A stretch of DNA of 64,000 nucleotides from Candidatus Levyibacteriota bacterium. GTDB lineage: Bacteria; Patescibacteriota; Microgenomatia; Levybacterales; UBA12049. Position numbers and translations under genes: made by a program. The stretch is taken from positions 70,066 through 134,065 of the forward strand of contig JACROF010000012.1 of NCBI GenBank assembly GCA_016214555.1, in the 5' to 3' direction. Within the stretch, counting starts at the first letter, position 1. The number at the start of each line of letters is the position of its first letter. The notes below the pieces were generated by a model. That model did not search any database. It was not told the origin of the DNA and was given only the letters and a program-made list of their open reading frames with translations. Positions 1 through 9,723 of this stretch are shown piece after piece.

Positions 1-2
1 GA

Positions 3-278
3 GTGGTAACTACTGAGGTTGATAATGCAATTTGGATGGTAAGGGAGATAACTCAGCTGGGAAGATTTCCAATAAAAGTATATCCGCACCCCATCAGTTT
101 CTTATTCACATACATTCTACCTGTTGCAGCGCTGGTAACTATTCCTTCACATGCACTCATGGGTCTACTAACCCCTGAGGGGATAATAATATCATTAGCT
201 TTTAGTAGCTTGTTATACTTTTCAAGTATATGGTGTTGGAGGAGCGCATTAAAAAAATATGCTAGCGCAAGTAGTTAA
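3..278 (+). CDS. C-terminal fragment (5' truncated by window edge) of a polytopic membrane protein, possibly ABC-2-type transporter permease
   Basis: Open frame runs from the window edge. Translation is hydrophobic helix-rich (FLFTYILPVAALVTIPSHALMGLL...). It is reminiscent of ABC-2 family permease C-termini, but no diagnostic motif is present. Confidence 0.45.
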   Translation: MVTTEVDNAIWMVREITQLGRFPIKVYPHPISFLFTYILPVAALVTIPSHALMGLLTPEGIIISLAFSSLLYFSSIWCWRSALKKYASASS

Positions 279-387
279 CAATTATTGCTACGATGAGGAA
301 AAATTGCCTGCATCATTTGTACTTAAAGCTTAGTGATTTCCCATGTGAGAGTTGTGAAGCGATGTTGGATCTTTTAAGTATTTTATT

Positions 388-768
388 AAGACCAGGAAGA
401 TAGTAAGCCAGATTCTGTTACTCATATAATTGTTACATTTTTATGAGCGATCACAATCTATCTCGCAGTGATGATTATTCTCACTTCGCCTGCCTGTTGG
501 GCAAGGTGCCTTCGTTCTTTGCTGCTCCTGTATACAAGTTGTAGCGCAGCGTTCGGAAGTTGCAGCAGGGAGGATTACCCGTTTCAGACCCACTCGTTTC
601 TGTTGTTCTCAAGTCATGTCGTTTCAAGACCTGTTCCATATATCGCATGTGGGAAAAATATATAGACACTAGCTATTACTAGTCAGAGCTTACACTCCGT
701 CCCTGGTATAACACCTGTCTGGACTTTCCTGTCTTGATCCTCAAGACTAGTGATCCATCTTCCTGGTA
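388..768 (-). ncRNA. rnpB: RNase P RNA (bacterial type A-like)
   Basis: 520-nt intergenic gap with locally elevated GC. Minus-strand reading contains AGGAAAGTCCAG (P4 5' strand consensus GGAAAGTCCGGGC) at 718-729. A GGGTCTGAAACGGGTAA segment resembles the AGGGTGAAANGGTGCGGTAAG P10-P12 junction. An ACAGG..GGC..GAAG element lies near the 3' end. The 5' ACCAGGAAGATGG (752-764) can pair with the 3' CTATCTTCCTGGT (391-403) as a P1 helix. Length ~380 nt. A TTGATC-17-TATAAT promoter lies immediately upstream. Confidence 0.65.
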
Positions 769-773
769 TGTCT

Positions 774-802
774 ATTATAGCACGTTAATACTATAAGATC
801 AA
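774..802 (-). promoter_or_regulatory. sigma70-type promoter for rnpB (TTGATC -17- TATAAT on minus strand)
   Basis: Reverse complement of 774-802 reads ttgatc-ttatagtattaacgtgc-tataat. The -10 ends ~7 nt before the predicted RNase P RNA 5' end. It overlaps the 3' end of the helicase ORF. Confidence 0.45.
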
Positions 803-3714
803 TCCGTTGAGAGGCTGCATATCATTTTGTATTCACAGTTCTTACATAAAATACCTCCATTGCAGAGGAAATTACTATGCTGAATTTCATTTGCTTTTTT
901 GAGTATTGTTTGTTTAGCAAGTTCAAGATCTTCGCTCGTTCTGATAGTAGATATCTTTTTATCCTCCTCTATATAATAAAGACTCAGTAGTACCTCTTCA
1001 GGGAGTTTGTTAAAAATATTATCTCGAACCTGATTAGCAGCTAATGCGTAAAAGGTAAGTTGAAAGTCTTCTCTAGCTTTTTTTTCTGTTGGGATGTTTG
1101 CACCGGTTTTATAATCAATAATTTCAATTTTTCCATCCGATAATTTGTCTATTCTGTCAATTCTACCTCCAATTTTTAACTTTTCTAACCTAAAATTAAA
1201 AGGTTGCTCTATTGCAATGGTGTTGGGGATATCAGCAAGAATTTTTTTAGCGTAATTTTGCAACATAAGATCTGCCTGATTTCGCGCTTTTTCTTCATGG
1301 CCTTTGCTGACATAGCCAGTTTTTATCCAATTTTTGATTAAGAGGTCATGAATAGAATCAGGGTTTATTTTTATACCGCTTTTTATGAGTTGGAAAAAGT
1401 CTCTTAGAGTACTATGTACGCTTATACCGTAGCTAAGCGCAGGAGAGGGAGCGGTTGGGACGTTGAGGATATACTTAAGCTTGTAATGAAGAGGGCATGT
1501 ATCAAAAGTTTGGATCTGTGAGTAGGATAAATAAGTAATTGGGGAGATAGTTGGTTGAGGAATCTCTTCAACAGTTTTTTCATCAACATGATTTGAGTTA
1601 AATAATTCTAAGAGCGACAATTGTTGGCTTGAGTCGATAGTTTTTTGTTTGGAAATAATATTGGCTACATACTCTTCTCCCAGAGCTTCCCCAATAAAAG
1701 GAGAGAGTTTTCTTTCCTTTTTTCCTTCGCCATAATACTTTGCTGCCGTTAGAATGAGCTGGTCTTTTGCCCTAGTCATTGCTACATAAAAAAGCCGTCT
1801 TTCCTCTTGTAGATTCTCATCACCTATTGGCAACACCTCTCTTATTATGTCTGTTGGTACAGGGATTTGTTCTTTTCTGTCTCTGCTTGGAAAGCGTTGT
1901 GTGACAAGATTGGTTACAAAAACTACAGGAAACTCCAGGCCCTTACTTGAATGAACAGTTAAAACATTGACCGCATTGCTTGTCGACCAATCTATCTCAG
2001 CAGCTAAAGGACTTTCTCCTAGTTCCATAGATAACTCAATCCAGTCAACTACGGCAAAAACTGAAGCATCTGTATTATTACTTGCAAATGACTGAAGCTT
2101 GGTAAAGAATTTTGCTACATTTTGTGCTTGATGTTCTGTTTGAGAGGTCTTTGGATCCAAGTAATATCCAAGTAACCCTGAGTCTTCAAAGAAATAATAC
2201 AAGATTTGTCCTGCACTTTCTGTAGACAGTAACTGCAGGTGTTTTTTAAGAATTTCTTCAACGCGTTTTATTTTTTTGAATCCGTCCTCTGTCATGCCAA
2301 TTGCTCCGTTTTGTTCGATAGCTTCTAAAAGGGTACAATTATTTTTTCTGACATAATTGAGAAGTGTTGCAATGTCTCTTGCCTGGATATTGAAAATTGG
2401 CATGGTGAGTACTCTATAAAATGATGCGTTATCGTCATAATTAGCAAGAATTTTTAAGTAAGCAATAAGATCTCTAATTTCGTTTTGCTCGAAAAGATGA
2501 CTAGGTCCTAAGAATTGGCAAGGAATTTTTTCTCGCTCAAGAGCTCTTTGAAATGGGGTTGCATGATTGTTAGCACGAACTAATATAGCAAAATCCTTAT
2601 AAAGGAGGCCATTTTTTTTAACTTCATTTTTAATATATTTTGCTACCGCCTCTGCTTCATCTTCGACTCTAGTCTTGTACAAAAATTCAATTTGCTTACC
2701 TTTTTGAGCTCTAAGAGCTATTAATTTTTTTTCTATTCCTTCTTTTGCCTCAAGCCTGTCTGGGTTGTTATTCTGTATCATTTTGTAAGCTCCATCAAGA
2801 ATGATTTGTGTAGAGCGATAATTTTTATTTAGTGTGACAATTTTTGCTTTCGGGAAATGAGACCTAAATTGAAGCATATTTGATAACGCAGCTCCTCTCC
2901 ATCTGTAAATACTTTGATCATCATCACCAACGACAGTAATATTTTTCTTTTCACCACTAAGAAGAATAGCCATTTCATTTTGGGAATAATTAGTATCTTG
3001 AAATTCGTCAACAAGGATATAGGTAAATTGCTCCTGATATTTACTTAAAATATTTGGGCGTTTACGAAATAGTGTTAATACATTACTAATAAGATCGGAG
3101 AAATCCATTACTCCTGCCTGATTTTTTAAAAATTCGTATTTCTCAAAGGCATATGCAAGCTCGAATGTTTTTTGCACCTCAACCTCTTCGATATCCTCAT
3201 TCGTTTTTAATTTTTCAGCGTATGCTAGATACTGAGTCGGATTAATGTCATCATCTTTTAGTCTACTAAAATGTGAAAGCATTCCTTGGATAAATTTCAT
3301 AGGATTCCCCATAGGTCTAAAGTAGACAAGATCAAAATCAAAAAGAGTTTTTTTCAAAAAAAGGATTGCCTCTGTTTCTGTCATTAATTCGTAAGATGGA
3401 GTAAGTCCGATGTGAATTGCTTCTTGTCTTAAGACTCGATCACAAAAAGCATGAAAAGTTTCTATCCAAAGATTTGTATAGCCATAGGGTAAAATTTCAT
3501 CTATCCTTTTTTCCATTTCGCTTGCAGCTTTTTCTGTAAAGGTAAGAGCAAGGATGTTTGATGCATTAACTTTTTTTTCAAGAATAAGATGTTCTATTCG
3601 TTTTGTAACAACTGTTGTTTTTCCTGTTCCTGCTCCAGCAATAATCATAAGGGGGCCATCACCATGGGTGATTGCTTCTTTTTGTTCTGGATTAAGATTA
3701 ACTAGGTCGGGCAT
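799..3714 (-). CDS. UvrD/PcrA-family ATP-dependent DNA helicase fused to a C-terminal PD-(D/E)XK (Cas4/AddB-like) nuclease domain with a Cys cluster
   Basis: 971 aa. Walker A GAGTGKTT near the N-terminus, and VDEFQDTN (helicase motif II). UvrD motifs run throughout the first ~650 aa. The C-terminus contains ...RIDRID...DYKTG (nuclease core D/E-K) and CNGGILCKNCEYKMIC plus an upstream CPLHYK, a Cas4/AddB-type Fe-S Cys arrangement. Confidence 0.85.
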   Translation of the reverse strand: MPDLVNLNPEQKEAITHGDGPLMIIAGAGTGKTTVVTKRIEHLILEKKVNASNILALTFTEKAASEMEKRIDEILPYGYTNLWIETFHAFCDRVLRQEAIHIGLTPSYELMTETEAILFLKKTLFDFDLVYFRPMGNPMKFIQGMLSHFSRLKDDDINPTQYLAYAEKLKTNEDIEEVEVQKTFELAYAFEKYEFLKNQAGVMDFSDLISNVLTLFRKRPNILSKYQEQFTYILVDEFQDTNYSQNEMAILLSGEKKNITVVGDDDQSIYRWRGAALSNMLQFRSHFPKAKIVTLNKNYRSTQIILDGAYKMIQNNNPDRLEAKEGIEKKLIALRAQKGKQIEFLYKTRVEDEAEAVAKYIKNEVKKNGLLYKDFAILVRANNHATPFQRALEREKIPCQFLGPSHLFEQNEIRDLIAYLKILANYDDNASFYRVLTMPIFNIQARDIATLLNYVRKNNCTLLEAIEQNGAIGMTEDGFKKIKRVEEILKKHLQLLSTESAGQILYYFFEDSGLLGYYLDPKTSQTEHQAQNVAKFFTKLQSFASNNTDASVFAVVDWIELSMELGESPLAAEIDWSTSNAVNVLTVHSSKGLEFPVVFVTNLVTQRFPSRDRKEQIPVPTDIIREVLPIGDENLQEERRLFYVAMTRAKDQLILTAAKYYGEGKKERKLSPFIGEALGEEYVANIISKQKTIDSSQQLSLLELFNSNHVDEKTVEEIPQPTISPITYLSYSQIQTFDTCPLHYKLKYILNVPTAPSPALSYGISVHSTLRDFFQLIKSGIKINPDSIHDLLIKNWIKTGYVSKGHEEKARNQADLMLQNYAKKILADIPNTIAIEQPFNFRLEKLKIGGRIDRIDKLSDGKIEIIDYKTGANIPTEKKAREDFQLTFYALAANQVRDNIFNKLPEEVLLSLYYIEEDKKISTIRTSEDLELAKQTILKKANEIQHSNFLCNGGILCKNCEYKMICSLSTD

Positions 3715-3762
3715 GCAGACTATTCTATCACATGAGCGTTGTTAAGGAAGGTATAAATTGTT

Positions 3763-4512
3763 ATGATTTCCACTATGGCTCAAGAATTAAAAAATATAAC
3801 GACTATTTTTATCAAAAAAGAAAAAGTGGCTCATGAAACCTACTCATTTTATTTTAAAAAACCAGCTAGATTTTCATATGTTGCAGGTCAATGTATGAAG
3901 ATAACTCTTCAGGATGTGAGAGGCGACAATCGAGGCCCTCGAAGATTTTTCACTATTTCCTCCTCGCCATTGGATGAGGAGTTGATGATTACTACAAAAA
4001 TAATTAAAAAACCAAGTATGTTTAAGCAACGCCTTTTTTCTTTAGAACAGGGTAATGAGGTCACAATTTTTGGGCCTATGGGAACATTTTTTCTTCCTGA
4101 TGAAAGCAATCATCCATTAATTTTTTTGGCGGGAGGAATTGGAGTAACCCCTTTTCATAGTATGATTACTTACGCAACTTCAATAAACTACCCAACACAA
4201 ATATATTTATTTGCTTCATTTAGCAGCGTTGAAGAAGCAGTTTTTTACAAAGACTTTGTGCGACTTTCAAAAGAAAACTTGTTTGTAAAAATCATTTACA
4301 CTATAACTCACCCAGGAAAATCTAGGGAGAAGTGGCAAGGAGAGGTGGGGAGGATTTCTCCAGGTATGATAAAGAAGTATATTCCTGAGTTTAAAAATTA
4401 CCATTTATATATTTGTGGTCCTGAAAAAATGGTTGATGAAATGTTTGAAATGATGAAGAGTGTTGAAATCACTCAAGGGAAAATAAGAAAGGAACAGTTC
4501 TCAGGTTATTAA
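3763..4512 (+). CDS. FNR-like FAD/NAD(P)-binding oxidoreductase (ferredoxin-reductase-type domain)
   Basis: 249 aa. RRFFTISSSP (FAD-binding RxYS-like), GGIGVTPF (NAD-binding glycine motif) and C-terminal YICGP, typical of the ferredoxin-NADP reductase family. Confidence 0.7.
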   Translation: MISTMAQELKNITTIFIKKEKVAHETYSFYFKKPARFSYVAGQCMKITLQDVRGDNRGPRRFFTISSSPLDEELMITTKIIKKPSMFKQRLFSLEQGNEVTIFGPMGTFFLPDESNHPLIFLAGGIGVTPFHSMITYATSINYPTQIYLFASFSSVEEAVFYKDFVRLSKENLFVKIIYTITHPGKSREKWQGEVGRISPGMIKKYIPEFKNYHLYICGPEKMVDEMFEMMKSVEITQGKIRKEQFSGY

Positions 4513-4513
4513 T

Positions 4514-5245
4514 ATGAAACTATTATCGTTAAATATTTGGGGAGGTAAAGTGTATCCTGAATTAGCCAAACTTATAAAAAAGCATAAAAGTATTGATATT
4601 TTTTGCCTTCAAGAAGTCTACCATAATGGAATAGTTTTGCGTCCTCATACAAAAGATATGAGAATGGATATTTTCAATGATATTCAAAGAATTCTTAAAA
4701 ACCACCAAGGATTTTTTTCACCAACCGAAGACAGAGAGGAAGGATTAGCAATCTTTATTAAGAAGAATATTTTAATTGCTAAATTAGAAGAGCATTTTGT
4801 ATATAGATGGAAAAACTCTGTCGAAAACTTTGATGCAAGTACGAGGGGAAGATTAATACAGGTTGTCCAGTTTGTTTTTGATAATAATAATTATTCAGTA
4901 GTTAATTTCCATGGATTATGGAACGGATTGGGGAAAGTAGATTCTCCTGAGAGAATAAAGCAGTCAAAAATGATTAGAAATCATATTGAGAAATACATGG
5001 GAAAAGTAATCCTTTGTGGCGACTTTAACTTACTACCTTCTACGCAAAGCATTAAAATTTTACAAGAGAATATGATCAATCTTATTGAGGAATTTAACGT
5101 AACATCAACCCGGAGTGGTTTGTATAAAAAGCCAGAGCGTTTTGCTGACTATATTCTCGTAAGTAAGGACATAAAAATTAAGACTTTTAGAGTTTTTTCA
5201 GACGAAGTATCTGATCATTTACCATTATATCTAGAGTTTGAATAG
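4514..5245 (+). CDS. endonuclease/exonuclease/phosphatase (EEP) family protein
   Basis: 243 aa. N-terminal LSLNIWGG motif and C-terminal SDHLPL motif are characteristic of the EEP fold. Start is 2 nt after the upstream gene stop. Confidence 0.7.
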   Translation: MKLLSLNIWGGKVYPELAKLIKKHKSIDIFCLQEVYHNGIVLRPHTKDMRMDIFNDIQRILKNHQGFFSPTEDREEGLAIFIKKNILIAKLEEHFVYRWKNSVENFDASTRGRLIQVVQFVFDNNNYSVVNFHGLWNGLGKVDSPERIKQSKMIRNHIEKYMGKVILCGDFNLLPSTQSIKILQENMINLIEEFNVTSTRSGLYKKPERFADYILVSKDIKIKTFRVFSDEVSDHLPLYLEFE

Positions 5246-6283
5246 TTACTCGGTAAGTGGTGATTGCTTTACGTTTTCGACAACTTTTTCCTCTAGAGTG
5301 TGGGTGGCAGAAAGTTTATTTCCAATTTGGTTAAATCCTGTTGTAACATTTGCAAATTGTGCTGATGCATTACCTAAGTGTTTTCCTAAAACTCCCATAT
5401 TTTCATTTACTTTGTCATACTCAATTTGAATAGTGCGAAGAAGGCGAAAGACTTCTCTAGACCTTGATTCTATTTTTTTACCTTCAAAAGAAAGAAGTAT
5501 TGTTTGTAGGTGAACATAGAGTGTGCTTGGGGAAACAATATACACTCTTTGCTTTCTTGCATAGTTCATAATCTCTGTAAGATTACACAATTCATAAAAA
5601 ACAGACTCACTAGGAACGTACATTAATGCAAAATCCATTGTTCCCTCATCAGGAACAATATATTTTGTAGAAATTGCATCAATGTGTTTTTTAATGTCTC
5701 GTTGAAATTCTCTATTGAACACATCTTTTTCTTTTGTGTCTTCTGTTTTTATCATTTTTTGATAATTTTCCATAGGAAATTTAGAATCTATAGATAAAAT
5801 TCCCGCATCCGTCTTGATAGCTGCATCAACTTTTTCCCCCGATTTAAATTGATACTGCAGATGGAATGAGTTTTTTGGAAATAATTGTCCTATGAGATCT
5901 TTAAGAATTTCTTCGCCAATATTGCCGCGCATTTTCGGACTTTTTAAAAAATCTTGAAGCTCCTTCATACTTCGTCCAATCTCGCTCATTTGTCCTACTT
6001 CTTTTCCAACGCCAGCAATGACAGTGGCTGCTTTATCAAGTCTATCATTGAGTTGCTTTGAATTTTCCTGAAGGGTTCTTACCATATGAGTGGTGTTTGA
6101 TGATAATGCTGAATGAATTGTTTTATTAGTGCTTTCGAGAGAGACTTGCATGGTTCTTAACCATTCAAGCATTGTCTGATCAGTAGTATTTTTTTGAAGA
6201 GAATCTAATTTTCGGTTGAGGAAAAAAATTATCAATCCAAAGCCAATAAGAAGAATAATTAAAAATGGCAGGATTTCTTGCAT
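5246..6283 (-). CDS. rmuC: DNA recombination protein RmuC
   Basis: 345 aa. N-terminal TM helix, central coiled-coil region, and a C-terminal region with MYVPSESVFYE matching the RmuC family. Confidence 0.75.
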   Translation of the reverse strand: MQEILPFLIILLIGFGLIIFFLNRKLDSLQKNTTDQTMLEWLRTMQVSLESTNKTIHSALSSNTTHMVRTLQENSKQLNDRLDKAATVIAGVGKEVGQMSEIGRSMKELQDFLKSPKMRGNIGEEILKDLIGQLFPKNSFHLQYQFKSGEKVDAAIKTDAGILSIDSKFPMENYQKMIKTEDTKEKDVFNREFQRDIKKHIDAISTKYIVPDEGTMDFALMYVPSESVFYELCNLTEIMNYARKQRVYIVSPSTLYVHLQTILLSFEGKKIESRSREVFRLLRTIQIEYDKVNENMGVLGKHLGNASAQFANVTTGFNQIGNKLSATHTLEEKVVENVKQSPLTE

Positions 6284-6322
6284 ACCGTGCTAGGTATTGT
6301 AGCATATTTACACAAATGAGAC

Positions 6323-7357
6323 CTAATAGTATAGCTGAGGATTTGCGTTAATTTTATCCCAATCAGTTGTTTTAGTAAAAAATCCTGCTGCAGCAATCAT
6401 GGTTCCATTGTCAGTGCATAGAAATGGAGATGGATAAAAAAGTTTTCCTCCTATTTTTTCTATATTGTCACTAAGTGAGTTCCTAAGGTGCTTATTTGCA
6501 GTAACTCCCCCACCCATAACTACAGTATTTATCGAATGCGACGTACATGCTTGTATCGTTTTGCTGACTATGACATCAACAATGGCACTTTGAACGCTGG
6601 CGCAAAGATCAAAAAGAGTCTGATCATTTTTTTTATGAGAAAAATCCCAGCCATTCTTTTTGACAAGATTTAAAACTGCTGTCTTTAAGCCACTAAAGCT
6701 AAAGTCTAAATTCCCAGAGTTGATCATTGGCCGAGGGAGCTTAAAGGCATTTTTATCTCCTTTTTCGGCTAGTTGAGAGATTGTGGGCCCTGCTGGGTAA
6801 GGAAGAGATAAAATTCTTCCTATTTTATCAAAAGCTTCACCAGCTGCGTCGTCTCGCTTTCCTCCAAGAACATTAATCGTATTGTGATTTTTTATTATTG
6901 TAAGATCAGTGTGTCCCCCTGATACAACAAGTCCGATTGCAGGAAGTGTTATGTCGTTATTTCCAATAATATTTACAAGTAAATGTCCATGCATATGATT
7001 AACGGGAATGATAGGGACATTCCAGAGTAAAGAAAGTGTTTTTGCGGTTTCGACTCCTATCAGAAGAGGGCCAATGAGACCTGGGCCATAAGTCACGGCA
7101 ATTGCATCTATTGGTGGTGTAATTCTGTTGGACAATGAAATGTTAAAAGCTTCATTGAGACTTTTTTCTAGGGTTGGGAGTATACACTTTAGCTGTTCGC
7201 GGGATGCAACTTCTGGAATAATCCCACCTGTTTTAGCATGAAATGCAAGTGATGATGCGACAATATTTGACAGGATAGTATATGAGTCGGGTGAAGATCT
7301 TTTGACTATAGCAATTCCTGTTTCATCGCAGGAGGTTTCAATACCAAGAATTGTCAT
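6323..7357 (-). CDS. tsaD: tRNA N6-adenosine threonylcarbamoyltransferase TsaD (Kae1/OSGEP family)
   Basis: 344 aa. N-terminus MTILGIETSCDETGIAIV, metal-binding HMHGH motif, and VSGGHT. This is the canonical TsaD signature. Confidence 0.9.
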   Translation of the reverse strand: MTILGIETSCDETGIAIVKRSSPDSYTILSNIVASSLAFHAKTGGIIPEVASREQLKCILPTLEKSLNEAFNISLSNRITPPIDAIAVTYGPGLIGPLLIGVETAKTLSLLWNVPIIPVNHMHGHLLVNIIGNNDITLPAIGLVVSGGHTDLTIIKNHNTINVLGGKRDDAAGEAFDKIGRILSLPYPAGPTISQLAEKGDKNAFKLPRPMINSGNLDFSFSGLKTAVLNLVKKNGWDFSHKKNDQTLFDLCASVQSAIVDVIVSKTIQACTSHSINTVVMGGGVTANKHLRNSLSDNIEKIGGKLFYPSPFLCTDNGTMIAAAGFFTKTTDWDKINANPQLYY

Positions 7358-7815
7358 AGTGATATTGACACTGTTTGTCCTTCTTTAATATCGTGCTTTT
7401 TAACAGAGCCTGCTTTTAATTCTATTACACGGTTAACTGGAGATGTTGGTTGATAGAAAACTGCTTGAGAGGTCTTCTTCTCATCGAGAGCAGGAATGTT
7501 TTCATAGATAGTTACAATTTTATTATCTTTGATAAAGAGTATATCAAGAGGAAATTTCATTCCTTTCATCCAAAAAGAAGGTGTTGCTGGACTATCAAAT
7601 ACAAAAAGCATGCCTTGCTTTTCGCCAAGTGTTGCTCGTCCCGATAATCCATTCTCCCTTTTTTTTTCAGTATCAGCTACATCAAGTGTAAATGCTATCC
7701 CATTTATCTTTACATCAGTTTTTTTGCCAAAAAAACTATTTTTTGCATTTAATACAAGAAGGCCGGTTGTTAAAATAATGATAAAAATGATAAATGCTAA
7801 TAAATATTTATTCAT
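7354..7815 (-). CDS. DUF192 (COG1430) family protein with N-terminal signal/TM
   Basis: 153 aa. GLSGR...GMLFVF...WMKGMKFPLDILFI matches the DUF192 pattern (GLM..gMLF...M.nt.ipLDiiFi). Confidence 0.6.
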   Translation of the reverse strand: MNKYLLAFIIFIIILTTGLLVLNAKNSFFGKKTDVKINGIAFTLDVADTEKKRENGLSGRATLGEKQGMLFVFDSPATPSFWMKGMKFPLDILFIKDNKIVTIYENIPALDEKKTSQAVFYQPTSPVNRVIELKAGSVKKHDIKEGQTVSISL

Positions 7816-8275
7816 GTTCGACTTTACTTGATGTTGAATAGTTACTTATTCTTTCAATAACTTCAACAACTTTTGCTGTTGCGATAGCTGCTTGCCTTTT
7901 CTTGTGGAAAAGGTAAGGATCTCCTTTTGTAGTAGCGATTATAGCAGGTTTTATAGCTGTTACAAGATTATCATAATCTTGGTTGATAAATGGATAGGGT
8001 AAAAGAATGCATAGATCCGTAATCGATTTTTTCAAAAGGACACTTGCACTTTTTTTTTGATGTTGAATTGGTCTATTTATGCCCTTTTTGTCTTTTATTG
8101 CTTGATCAGACTCTAGTAATACTATAAGAAAATCTCCATATTTTTTTGCTTCTGAAATGAAAGCAAGATGTCCATCATGTAGGAGATCAAAACATCCGCC
8201 GATAAGAACAAGAGACTTGCTTTGAATTGAAGATAGGATTGCTAAAGCTTCTTTAGGAGGTACGGCCTTTTTCAT
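7808..8275 (-). CDS. cytidylyl/adenylyltransferase-like nucleotidyltransferase (RfaE domain II / TagD-like, HxGH motif)
   Basis: 155 aa. GGCFDLLHDGHLAFI contains the (T/C)FDxLHxGH nucleotidyltransferase motif. Confidence 0.65.
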   Translation of the reverse strand: MKKAVPPKEALAILSSIQSKSLVLIGGCFDLLHDGHLAFISEAKKYGDFLIVLLESDQAIKDKKGINRPIQHQKKSASVLLKKSITDLCILLPYPFINQDYDNLVTAIKPAIIATTKGDPYLFHKKRQAAIATAKVVEVIERISNYSTSSKVEHE

Positions 8276-8278
8276 TTA

Positions 8279-9709
8279 TTAAGTTTTTGTTCCTCTTAGA
8301 AAAATAGCTTGCCATGGTTTGTAGGTGGATGAAAATTTCTTTGAAAGTATTTCTTTGCCATTTTTTGTTACTGTATACATGAAATAAACATTTGCTCCAG
8401 GTGCTGAAAAATCGATCTGTTTTGTTTGTCCTACAGGAAGATTTGGATCATCTTGATAAAGTGGCTCAGGAGCTGGGGATTGAGAAAGAATGACGGGTTC
8501 TGATATTGAAGCTACTCTGCCATCTGATGTTCCATATAGCTCAAATGTCAATTGTAGGTTGTCGAGCTCGACATTTGTTTGAATAAGAATATAGTGTCCA
8601 GTATCATTTTTAAATTTTAGATCAACAGTTGGCGTATAGATTGCAGCATCAATTCCAGGTCCTGAATCTTCTTCGTAATAGTGAACTCGATAAGCGTGGG
8701 GATGTCTCTCCGTGATAGTCATTCCGGCATTTAGAAGGGCTCGAAAAAGTGTTGTAGACACTTGGCAGACCCCACCTCCATCTCCAAGCTCTGTTCTTCC
8801 GTTTTGAATAACATATGCTTGTTTGTACCCACTAAGTGAAGAAATATCACCCACCGCTTTGTTGAATGAAAATATTTCATCTGGTTTTATTAAGATGCCA
8901 TTAAGTCGTGAAGCAGCAAGTTGGATATTAAATATACGGTTTGGTATTGACCCCTGGAACAATGATGTCCCAATGCCAATTCTTTGAGTTATACCAAGAT
9001 CATTTGCTTCATTCGTTTCGACTTCAGGCTTGATAGTTCTCACTGGTATTTGTACTTTAACTATAGATCCATTTCGTAGGAGATTAGGAACAACATCTCT
9101 CTCCATTGCTGTCGTAATCTCAGACACATCTACAGACTTGCCTTCTCTTGAGGCTCTAAATTCAGATACCTTTCCGCCTTCGTAGGTAAATCTTGCATTG
9201 ATTGGATCTTGATCTATTTTGTCTTGGAAATCTTTAAGAGTTTTGGTGAAGACAACGCTAGAGTAGCGATATGCTGGAGTAAGGACAACCCCATGGAGGT
9301 ATGATTCAAGGCTTAAATAGATGTCAGAAAAAAAATTTCCGCTTCTTCCAATACTAAAGGCTTGAGATGAAAGTAGATTCTCATCGTAACCTATATCTAA
9401 ATCTTTTGCCGATACTGTAGCGGTTAATGTCGTGGTGCTAAATTCAAGGTATTTTTTACTGATGGAGTCGTTTTTATCTTTGAAAAACAATCTTACTTCA
9501 TCTTGGGATTTCCCACCAAGATCAACATTGTTGATAATGACTCCTGGATAAACTTTGTTTTTATACGTCTGTTTGTAATAGATATAGATAAAGCTGCTAA
9601 AAAAGAAAAAACCAATAAGTGCTCCAAAAGAAAACCAAAATACTGTTCGTAGAACAGCGAAAAGCTTCTTTTTTTTACGCAATAACAATAATGGATTGGG
9701 AATTAGCAT
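8279..9709 (-). CDS. VanW-family protein with N-terminal TM anchor
   Basis: 476 aa. N-terminal hydrophobic helix. GGGVCQVSTTLFRALLNAG matches the conserved VanW core motif. Confidence 0.75.
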   Translation of the reverse strand: MLIPNPLLLLRKKKKLFAVLRTVFWFSFGALIGFFFFSSFIYIYYKQTYKNKVYPGVIINNVDLGGKSQDEVRLFFKDKNDSISKKYLEFSTTTLTATVSAKDLDIGYDENLLSSQAFSIGRSGNFFSDIYLSLESYLHGVVLTPAYRYSSVVFTKTLKDFQDKIDQDPINARFTYEGGKVSEFRASREGKSVDVSEITTAMERDVVPNLLRNGSIVKVQIPVRTIKPEVETNEANDLGITQRIGIGTSLFQGSIPNRIFNIQLAASRLNGILIKPDEIFSFNKAVGDISSLSGYKQAYVIQNGRTELGDGGGVCQVSTTLFRALLNAGMTITERHPHAYRVHYYEEDSGPGIDAAIYTPTVDLKFKNDTGHYILIQTNVELDNLQLTFELYGTSDGRVASISEPVILSQSPAPEPLYQDDPNLPVGQTKQIDFSAPGANVYFMYTVTKNGKEILSKKFSSTYKPWQAIFLRGTKT

Positions 9710-9723
9710 GGGAATGAATTGCT

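Noticed and set aside
468-669. Two overlapping 60-65-aa ORFs on opposite strands (468-665 plus, 481-669 minus) in the first intergenic region.
   Set aside because: They lie entirely inside the predicted RNase P RNA and show no codon-usage or protein-like character. A mutually antisense ORF pair in a GC-rich structured RNA is a typical artefact.
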